Origin: Burkholderiaceae bacterium
GTDB lineage: Bacteria > Patescibacteriota > Saccharimonadia > Saccharimonadales > AQU-01
NCBI GenBank assembly: GCA_043788365.1
Contig: JAYVTZ010000005.1
Location: 77,249-141,248 of the forward strand
Length of the DNA stretch: 64,000 bases
Direction: 5' to 3'
In this document: positions 24,798 through 32,491 of the stretch, piece by piece
How the letters are laid out: each line of letters opens with the position of its first letter
How positions within the stretch are numbered: the first letter of the stretch is position 1
Notes under the pieces: generated by a model
Database searches by the model: none
What the model was told of the DNA's origin: nothing
What the model saw: the letters and a program-made list of their open reading frames with translations, nothing else
Translations under genes and position numbers: made by a program

Positions 24798-25960
24798 TTG
24801 CTCATTGGGAAGCTTAGTTCATGTGTCTTCGGATGCGCAACAACTGTAACACCTAAAATTGCTGGCATCATTTTACCGGTGCTCAGAGCTTTTTGAACTT
24901 GCGCTTGCCTGACTTCATGGAGTCGTTCGGATTCAGCTTGTATATTCGCATCCCCATACTTGCCGTCCGGATTTATAAGGTCAAACTGCGCCTGCTTAGC
25001 CGCCTCACTAGTGAATGTCATATCGTGAACCCCTAGACGACGAATGACCTCTTGTTGTGTCTGTAGTTTTGACGCATCATCTAGGATACCGACTCTGGAC
25101 ATCATTAAGGCCCGTCTATTATAATTTGGCATCTTGCCGTCGCCCGGCATGCCTGCAGTTTCGGCCTCGTCCCTAATGGCGACGACCATGCGGTCTGGGT
25201 CAGCTTGTAAAAGACTCTGATTAATGCCGCTATATACTCTGCCGTGGAAAACCTCTTGTGGGCGAATTGCCCGCGGAGCAGCGCCCAGCTTTGGCCCCAG
25301 CAAATCGGCGTAGTTATCATATGATGTTACCGTCCAAGGTTCTTGAAAGCCCGGATAAATTAATGCGCCTGGAACAGTTTCTAGTCTTGGCTTAATCCCA
25401 TTTTGTAAAAACCCGATGTGGTCTTCGTCATACTCATCGAGCGCTACATCCCTACCGTTTCTAGTCAAAGTTAAAGTTTTATCGTGCCCCTCTTCACTGG
25501 GCACCCATAACACATTGACCCAACGCCTAAAACCATTGGCTCCCGGCTCCGAAGCCTCCACCCTTTGAGCGAAACTACTGGTTATAGCCGAGAACTTAGC
25601 TATTAACCCCTCTGTCTGGCCAATCACGTCTTCGGTTTGATTGATTGCTGCAGTGGGGTCAATACCGTTACTATTATATGAAGCAGTCAGTGCCGCATAC
25701 TCGTCGTGAATACCAGCCATAATATCGACCATCGAAGCGTCGTCATCATAACCTAGCATAGTTCTGACTGTAGCGAGAGGACGAAGTGGCTGGTTCTTTT
25801 TAGCGGTTTTCGCTAGTCTAGTAAACTCAACATCATCGACTTTAGCCAAATCGGCCCCTTTGGCCTCACCGCCCATATATATGCCCATCTGTTTATTAAC
25901 CGCCGTATTTAAGACGGGTAATAATCTTTGGTCTTCAGGAGAAAATAACTGAGCAGGCAT
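24794..25960 (-). CDS. Hypothetical protein, 388 aa, translationally coupled to the HAD hydrolase
   Basis: Its stop overlaps the HAD start (ATGA). No recognisable family. Confidence 0.55.
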   Translation of the reverse strand: MPAQLFSPEDQRLLPVLNTAVNKQMGIYMGGEAKGADLAKVDDVEFTRLAKTAKKNQPLRPLATVRTMLGYDDDASMVDIMAGIHDEYAALTASYNSNGIDPTAAINQTEDVIGQTEGLIAKFSAITSSFAQRVEASEPGANGFRRWVNVLWVPSEEGHDKTLTLTRNGRDVALDEYDEDHIGFLQNGIKPRLETVPGALIYPGFQEPWTVTSYDNYADLLGPKLGAAPRAIRPQEVFHGRVYSGINQSLLQADPDRMVVAIRDEAETAGMPGDGKMPNYNRRALMMSRVGILDDASKLQTQQEVIRRLGVHDMTFTSEAAKQAQFDLINPDGKYGDANIQAESERLHEVRQAQVQKALSTGKMMPAILGVTVVAHPKTHELSFPMSK

Positions 25961-26019
25961 TTGTACTTAAACTCTACCTAATCGACCCCTATAATGCAAT
26001 AGATTCATAAGCCCACTAC

Positions 26020-26607
26020 TTAGATAACTACACCGCTCATGACAGTGCCGTAGTCGGGAATTTGCTTCTGAAATAAGTCACGAAAGGCTGGGCCGTTGCC
26101 GCCAGCATTACCGATGCCGACACCACAAGTTACCGCCCAAAGTCGTTTGTCAGTATCTTTGTTACCGGTATTGCTTAGTTCATAGATGTACTTGTTGCCA
26201 GTAGCACAGACGCCTGTATCATCAGCAATTTGTGGTTTTACTTCTGTCATATAACCCGCATACTCAATCGCGTGCAAGAATACATCGTAAGCAGTTTGAT
26301 TGTTGTCATATACCTTGGAGCGAATAATTAGATTGTTGTAGCCGTTGATGATTTCGATTCGGCGTTCATTGCGAGCAACGACAATTCTGACTGCGTTGTG
26401 AACTTCGTGAGCCACGACTGGACCCTCGGTCGTGATACTAACTTCAGCGTCGGTCGAAGAATAATCAGACAGTTTTGCCTTCACAATAGCGGTAGAGTTC
26501 TTGGTAGTTACGACTTTGGTAGTTGACTTTTTACCAGTACCAAGAGCCAACTTCACGCCGAAGAAGAGGAAGATGATGATAGCTAAAATTCCGAAGTAAT
26601 ATCTCAT
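26020..26607 (-). CDS. Membrane-anchored (N-terminal TM) extracytoplasmic protein, 195 aa, function unknown
   Basis: The N-terminal helix YYFGILAIIIFLFFGVKLALG is the only hydrophobic segment. AAGGA lies upstream. Confidence 0.55.
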   Translation of the reverse strand: MRYYFGILAIIIFLFFGVKLALGTGKKSTTKVVTTKNSTAIVKAKLSDYSSTDAEVSITTEGPVVAHEVHNAVRIVVARNERRIEIINGYNNLIIRSKVYDNNQTAYDVFLHAIEYAGYMTEVKPQIADDTGVCATGNKYIYELSNTGNKDTDKRLWAVTCGVGIGNAGGNGPAFRDLFQKQIPDYGTVMSGVVI

Positions 26608-26684
26608 AAAATCCTTAGAACCTCATTTAACAATGACTATAATACCACATCTTACAAGTATATGCAAGGCTATTTTGCTTATGC

Positions 26685-27122
26685 CTAACTTAGTTTGTTT
26701 GCCCACTCAGCACAGCGACCAATCACATCTGCCTCAGGGGTAAGAATGTCATATTGTCTACGATCTTCTGACAAAATCCAAGCATACTTATCATGTTCCA
26801 TATTAAGAATTACCTTATCGGTAGTTGTTTCGCAGGCGTGAAAAGTGCAAATAATCTGTGTGGTGTCGCCACTAATATCACGTTGCCACTCACCAACATA
26901 TAACGGGTAAAGTATGGTCAGGTCTGAGATGCCTGTCTCTTCAATAACTTCACGTTTCAGTGCATCCTGCCAGTGCTCGCCGACTTCAATTTTGCCACCT
27001 GGTAGATTCCACTTACCTTCGTTATTGCCATTCCCGTCATATAACGCCTTGCGAAGTATTAGCACCTTACCGTTGTGCCGAATCACAGCCTTCATGGCAA
27101 TTCGCTGAATAATCTTAGTCAT
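26685..27122 (-). CDS. NUDIX hydrolase
   Basis: Nudix box GGKIEVGEHWQDALKREVIEETGI. Confidence 0.85.
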   Translation of the reverse strand: MTKIIQRIAMKAVIRHNGKVLILRKALYDGNGNNEGKWNLPGGKIEVGEHWQDALKREVIEETGISDLTILYPLYVGEWQRDISGDTTQIICTFHACETTTDKVILNMEHDKYAWILSEDRRQYDILTPEADVIGRCAEWANKLS

Positions 27123-27520
27123 TTCTTACTACCTATCTCAGGAAACCTTTTTGGGTCTGAGGCATAATAATCGGCCCATTTATCGTCTTTATCAAGCGTC
27201 AGAGTATCGATGTAAATTCCTTTGTCAAAACCCCCAACCTTCGTGCGCTTTTTAAGTTGCAATTGCCTAATTTCTTCGAAGCTGGAGCCAAGTAAGCTGG
27301 CTTGCCACTCGACAACTTCCAAAATATCGCCTAGTTCTTCTAAAGCCTTAGGCTTCTTGGCGTCAAACTCGCCGACTTCTTCTAAAATTTTGGCTTTTGG
27401 CGCTTTTAATAATTCATCTTTTAATAGTTTACGCAGCACCGGTTTCTGGCCCAGCTTAATCATATTGTCGTAGACACCGTCACGGACAATTTTGTTTAGT
27501 TTAAAGGTTCTAGATGACAT
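27119..27520 (-). CDS. MazG-like nucleoside triphosphate pyrophosphohydrolase (all-alpha NTP-PPase)
   Basis: KIVRDGVYDNMI...EEVGEF...EELGDILEVVEW...KKRTKVGGFDKGIY matches the short MazG/HisE-like pattern. Confidence 0.65.
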   Translation of the reverse strand: MSSRTFKLNKIVRDGVYDNMIKLGQKPVLRKLLKDELLKAPKAKILEEVGEFDAKKPKALEELGDILEVVEWQASLLGSSFEEIRQLQLKKRTKVGGFDKGIYIDTLTLDKDDKWADYYASDPKRFPEIGSKK

Positions 27521-28328
27521 GGGTTGGGTCCCAGCAAGTTCGATGGTTGCTATCTAGGGTTTTTAGCTCCGACATATCGGTATTATCGAGCTTGAAGTCA
27601 AAAATGTCGATGTTAGACTGGACTCTTTCTGGCGTTTTAGACTTCGGCAAAATTACCATATTTTGCTCGATACACCACCTAAGCATGATTTGGGCGGCAG
27701 TCTTGCCATATTTTGCAGCAATTTTAACTAGAGTTGGATTATCCATACCGTAACCATGGGCAAGTGGTGAATAAGCTTCAATTACTATTCCCTGCTGACG
27801 GCAATAGTCGACGAGTTCGGGCTGCTGTAAATAAACGTGTAGCTCAACCTGATTAACGGCTGGTTTAATTTTGCATTCTGCTAATAACTCTTCTAGATGC
27901 TTGACTGTAAAATTACTTACGCCGATTGCCCTGGCCTGACCGGCTTGATGAATTTTCTCTAATTCCTTCCAAGCGTGATTACGAAGTAACATAACTGGAA
28001 AATGAAGTAAAAGTAGGTCGACATAGTCTGTTTGTAGGCGCTGTAGTGAGCGGTGAAAACTCGGAATCGTTAAGTGCGGCGTAAAGTTTACCGTCCAGAT
28101 TTTGGTGGTAATAAATACTTCTTCGCGTTTGATGCCAGCATTTGCTAAAGATTTAGCCAGCTTACCCTCGTTACCGTAGATTTGAGCGGTATCAAAATGC
28201 CTGTACCCTGCCTTGAGCGCCGTCGAGACCGAAGCCTCAACATCCTCATCCTTCCGAACCAGCCAAAGCCCTAAGCCCACTTGCGGTATTTCAACTCCCT
28301 TGGTGATTTCAATCTGTGGAATTTTCAT
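27510..28328 (-). CDS. Aldo/keto reductase
   Basis: AKR motifs GYRHFDTAQIYGNE, LHFP and a C-terminal ILPKS. Start taken at the ATG at 28326-28328; the track gives an alternative at 28349. Confidence 0.85.
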   Translation of the reverse strand: MKIPQIEITKGVEIPQVGLGLWLVRKDEDVEASVSTALKAGYRHFDTAQIYGNEGKLAKSLANAGIKREEVFITTKIWTVNFTPHLTIPSFHRSLQRLQTDYVDLLLLHFPVMLLRNHAWKELEKIHQAGQARAIGVSNFTVKHLEELLAECKIKPAVNQVELHVYLQQPELVDYCRQQGIVIEAYSPLAHGYGMDNPTLVKIAAKYGKTAAQIMLRWCIEQNMVILPKSKTPERVQSNIDIFDFKLDNTDMSELKTLDSNHRTCWDPTHVI

Positions 28329-28332
28329 TTTT

Positions 28333-28878
28333 TTATTCGCCCTCTGCAAATTTTATAGCCAGCTCAAAAAGCATATCTGCATGCCCCGACAGTTCTTTGC
28401 GGCGACTTTCGTCGTTCAATATCTCATGAAGCTCACTTGAACTAACTAATTTTAAATCAGTAAGTTCGGACTTTTGAATTTTAAGATTCGATAGGTAGAA
28501 ATTTTGGCGCGTCCCCAAAACCCAATTATATTCACGATGTACTTGGCCGGTTATCATTTTAAATTCTTCAGGAAATTCACCCAGCAAGACTAAGTCGTCG
28601 ACGCTTATTTTAATCCCTATTTCCTCACTTATCTCTCTGGTGGCTGCCGTGAAAGCCGTATCACCAGAACTCAAGTGCCCTGCCACTGACGTATCCCAGC
28701 AAGAAGGAAATATCTTTTTATTTGCCGCTCGAAACTGTAACAAAATCTGCTGGTTTTGATCAATTATCCAGACGTGAACCGAACCATGTCTTAAGCCCTT
28801 TTCATGCACTAGGACACCGTTCATAGACCTGCCAGTTAGCTGACCATTATCATCCAAAATGTCGTAGTCTTCTTGCAT
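28333..28878 (-). CDS. NUDIX hydrolase (IDI/Nudix-like)
   Basis: Nudix box GHLSSGDTAFTAATREISEEIGI. Confidence 0.8.
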   Translation of the reverse strand: MQEDYDILDDNGQLTGRSMNGVLVHEKGLRHGSVHVWIIDQNQQILLQFRAANKKIFPSCWDTSVAGHLSSGDTAFTAATREISEEIGIKISVDDLVLLGEFPEEFKMITGQVHREYNWVLGTRQNFYLSNLKIQKSELTDLKLVSSSELHEILNDESRRKELSGHADMLFELAIKFAEGE

Positions 28879-28884
28879 CTTTTA

Positions 28885-31557
28885 TTAAAGCTCGCCCCAG
28901 TTTTTGCCAATGGCGGTGTCGACGGTTAATTTGATTGGTAGTTTGACAACATTTTCCATCGTTTGTTTAATAATTTCGGCTACTTTAACAGATTGTGATT
29001 CGATACATTCAACCAAAATACTGTCGTGGATTTGAAGTAGGATTTTCGGTCTGCTGGCTTCGTCATACAGCTCACCTAACTTGTTCTGAACAGCTACCAT
29101 AGACATTTTCATAATATCGGCGGCTGAGCCTTGGAATGGCATATTTACAGCAGCCCGATATGCTGCTTCACGGACGGCAAAATTACTAGATAGCGCGTCT
29201 GGTGTTGGACGACGACGACCATAAAGTGTCTCAACATAGCCCTTAGTCTTTGCCTGTTCACGCACAGACTCAATGTATTTTAGAAGTTTTGGCCGAACCT
29301 CAAAATATTTATCAATAAAGGCTTTAGCGGCAGCATAGGTCATGCCAGTAGTCTGTACCAATCCATGCGGACCTTGGCCATACATTATGCCAAAGTTCAC
29401 CGCCTTGGCCTCACGACGCATATTTTTAGTGACGTCTTCGGGGTCGCGGTCATATACCAGCGCCGCTGTCGCAGTGTGAACGTCAATGTCTCGGTTAAAC
29501 TGGTCCATTAAGTCTTCATCGCCGCATAAGTAAGCTGCCAGCCTTAACTCAAACTGGCTATAGTCTGCGCCAATAAAGATGTGTTCTGGCGCAGCCACAA
29601 AAGCCGTCCGGATTTCGCGGCCTAAATCAGTTTTGACCGGAATATTCTGGAGATTTGGGTCGGCTGAGCTAAGTCGGCCAGTTTGGGCAACTGTCATATT
29701 AAAAGTTGTATGCAGACGTGAACTTTCATCAACCTGTTCGGGCAAAGTATCAATATATGTGTTCTTGAGTTTAGTAACTTCACGAAACTGAGTAATCAAA
29801 TCAATAATGGGGTGCTGGTCACGTAGCTTGTCGAGCTCACTGGCAGCCGTTGAATAACCGGTCTTGCCCTTCTTAATGCCAAATGTCGGTAGCTGTAATT
29901 TCTCAAATAAAATGTCCGCCAGCTGGGCTGGACTGGCAATATTAAACTCTTGGTCGGCGTGGCCATAAATTTGTTGTTCGAGGTCACTAACCATGTCGCC
30001 GACTCTGTCGGACATCTCGTTTAAATATGCAGTGTCTAAATAAATGCCTTCGTGTTCCATACGTGCCAGCACCGGTATAACCGGCCATTCAATATCTTCC
30101 GCAACTTTTATCAATCCAGTTAGTTCGCTCATTTGCTCACCTTGGAGATTAGTTAGTCCACGAATTATCGCCGTAAGCTCACCTGCCCGATTAGCAAGCT
30201 CATCATTATCTAAATCTTCAAACGAACCGCCCTCGTAGCCTAGATCCGACTCTGCTAGTTCGGTTAACGACTGTTCGCGTCGTAGTGGGTTAAGTAAAAA
30301 TGCGCCGATTTGGACATCGTGAGCTACTTTTGGTAATTTAGCACCTATTTCAATAAACACTTTAAGAGTTGATTTGAGGTCATAACCGATTAGGGTGCTG
30401 ACAGCTGATAGTTTTGAGCTGACAGTTTCCGGCGGTAAGGCAGTTAGATCGAGGACATAAGTCGTCTTTTCGTCCGGGCTGAGAATTAATAGTTGCGGGC
30501 TACGGCCATGCTTGCCGGCCGACCTTGAATGGACGGCGACTTCTTTAGCCTCACCCATGTCTAGCTTTACTAAGTCGGCTTTACTATTTATATGTATTAC
30601 CTTGCCAACATCTAGGTGGTGTATTTGCTCACCAACGTGAGTATGTGACACGTCTAGGCTTGGTTCAGCATCCGTTATAGACATAACCTCCGGTAGTTGA
30701 CGAACAAGTGATTTAAATTCTAGGCGCTGTAATATTGCTTTGATTTGGTTGGGCTGACAATTGGCAATGTCCATAGCTTTAAGATCCAGCTTTAACGGCG
30801 CATTCGTCCAAATATCGGCCAGTTGTTTACTTAAATATGCCAGCTCCTTACCGGCTATCAACTTTTTAGCAGTACTATCTTTAATTAATGCCAAATTATC
30901 ATAAATATTATCGAGAGTTTCGTATGTCTTTAGCAGTTCTACGGCGGTTTTCTCGCCAACGCCTGGGACACCCGGAATATTATCGGAACTATCGCCTTTT
31001 AGTGCCTTAAGGTCCAAAAATTGCTTAACTTTAATGCCATATTTGGCCTCAAATGACTCCGGACTATAAAGTTCGATGTTTGATAGACCAGTTTTAAGCG
31101 CATAAACTTTGACGTGGTCATTAATTAGCTGAAGCATGTCCATGTCAGATGTGATCAGCAGAGTTTCGATATCTTTTTCTTTGGCTTGGACGGCTAACCC
31201 GCCCATGATGTCATCGGCTTCGTAATCATCTAGTTCATAAAGTGGCCAGCCAAAAGCTTCAAGAAGTTCGTGAAGTATTGGTATTTGAGCATAAAAATCG
31301 GCCGGCGCGGCCTTGCGGCCGGCTTTGTACTGAGGATATAGTTCCAAACGACGACGAATATTAGTTTTTGGCTTATCCCATGCCACACAGACATAGTCTG
31401 GCTTTAGGCGTTTTATAACTTCGAGTGCCATAACTGCGAAACCATAAACTCCACCAGTCGGCACACCGTCTTTGGTAGCTAGACCGGACATAGCATAGTA
31501 GCCACGATAAAATACGCTTTTACCGTCTATAACCACTAGCTTTTTCCTCTCGCTCAT
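28885..31557 (-). CDS. polA: DNA polymerase I
   Basis: 890 aa with a 5'-nuclease N-terminus, a central exonuclease-like region, and pol motifs DYSQFELR and QIHDS. Confidence 0.95.
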   Translation of the reverse strand: MSERKKLVVIDGKSVFYRGYYAMSGLATKDGVPTGGVYGFAVMALEVIKRLKPDYVCVAWDKPKTNIRRRLELYPQYKAGRKAAPADFYAQIPILHELLEAFGWPLYELDDYEADDIMGGLAVQAKEKDIETLLITSDMDMLQLINDHVKVYALKTGLSNIELYSPESFEAKYGIKVKQFLDLKALKGDSSDNIPGVPGVGEKTAVELLKTYETLDNIYDNLALIKDSTAKKLIAGKELAYLSKQLADIWTNAPLKLDLKAMDIANCQPNQIKAILQRLEFKSLVRQLPEVMSITDAEPSLDVSHTHVGEQIHHLDVGKVIHINSKADLVKLDMGEAKEVAVHSRSAGKHGRSPQLLILSPDEKTTYVLDLTALPPETVSSKLSAVSTLIGYDLKSTLKVFIEIGAKLPKVAHDVQIGAFLLNPLRREQSLTELAESDLGYEGGSFEDLDNDELANRAGELTAIIRGLTNLQGEQMSELTGLIKVAEDIEWPVIPVLARMEHEGIYLDTAYLNEMSDRVGDMVSDLEQQIYGHADQEFNIASPAQLADILFEKLQLPTFGIKKGKTGYSTAASELDKLRDQHPIIDLITQFREVTKLKNTYIDTLPEQVDESSRLHTTFNMTVAQTGRLSSADPNLQNIPVKTDLGREIRTAFVAAPEHIFIGADYSQFELRLAAYLCGDEDLMDQFNRDIDVHTATAALVYDRDPEDVTKNMRREAKAVNFGIMYGQGPHGLVQTTGMTYAAAKAFIDKYFEVRPKLLKYIESVREQAKTKGYVETLYGRRRPTPDALSSNFAVREAAYRAAVNMPFQGSAADIMKMSMVAVQNKLGELYDEASRPKILLQIHDSILVECIESQSVKVAEIIKQTMENVVKLPIKLTVDTAIGKNWGEL

Positions 31558-31676
31558 CTATTAATAAGTATACACCTAACAGATGATTTATGGTTTTGAA
31601 TCTGTGATGTTAAAACAACTTTATATTTATTGAAAACTATGTTGTATAGTTTTTGTAACTAAGCGGAGTGCTCTAA

Positions 31677-32450
31677 GTGCCGAAAGCCTCACTAGAATCA
31701 TATCTAACTGACAATCTCAATGATAGGAAAAATGGTCAAAGAATACCGGCGATAACTCCCGAGCAAGCGGCAAAATTTGCAGCTGTAACCGAACTATTTG
31801 CGACCTGGGGCAATAATTACGGCTTTGATAAGCCTGCCTGCAAAGATGTAGAAATAAGTAGTGATAGTGGCGACCAATGGGTCGATTTTTATCCAGATGA
31901 AGCTGATGAAAATCCGGCAAAATTAGTCTGTGATAGCTGTCCCCATGAGAATGAATGTCTAGGCGTGGCACTAAAAAATCGCGAGAATACTGGTGTATGG
32001 GGTGGCTCAACGCCAAAAGAAAGAAAAAACATTAAACGCAATTATACTCGTTATAACGCAGCTCGGCATGACCAATCTTTAGTTGATTTTGCAATTGAAA
32101 ACCGACACAGATATATTGCCCCAGGGGACGTGCTTGGACCATTTGATTCTAGAAGACCAAAAATTACAAGAGTAGAGGCAGACGCACTATGTCTTAACGG
32201 CGAGACTAGTGACTTATTCGAAAAACTTGACTCATCCGATCAGGAACATCTAGAAGCCGATGACTTTGCGGCAGCAATCGCAATCTGTCTCAACTGCGAA
32301 AATCATCAACGTGGCTGTTATGACCTGCCAATACCCGAGGAGCTGTCTCCGACTGTAGTTGGCGCAAAGATTGTCGGCTGGGTTGATGTTGAATTAAGAC
32401 CGACAAAACAAATGATTGCTGAGGAACTAGAAGCAATTTCAATTAAGTAA
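31677..32450 (+). CDS. Protein with two tandem WhiB-like (Wbl) domains
   Basis: Domain 1 has C55-X29-C85-X2-C88-X5-C94, then GVWGG and a basic KERKNIKR. Domain 2 has C172-X31-C204-X2-C207-X6-C214 without GVWGG. GTG start with GGAG upstream. Confidence 0.75.
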   Translation: MPKASLESYLTDNLNDRKNGQRIPAITPEQAAKFAAVTELFATWGNNYGFDKPACKDVEISSDSGDQWVDFYPDEADENPAKLVCDSCPHENECLGVALKNRENTGVWGGSTPKERKNIKRNYTRYNAARHDQSLVDFAIENRHRYIAPGDVLGPFDSRRPKITRVEADALCLNGETSDLFEKLDSSDQEHLEADDFAAAIAICLNCENHQRGCYDLPIPEELSPTVVGAKIVGWVDVELRPTKQMIAEELEAISIK

Positions 32451-32491
32451 CTAGATTGTTACAAGCCACAGAAAAGTCCTATATACTGCTT

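Noticed and set aside
32456-32491. TTG-initiated N-terminal extensions in the ORF track (also 35315-35347, 39484-39513, 41689-41745, 54332-54367, 56695-56763)
   Set aside because: The TTG codons fall inside promoter-like sequence (TTGTTA -35 hexamers) or upstream of a better ATG with an SD or a -10 at leaderless distance. The extensions add no conserved residues.
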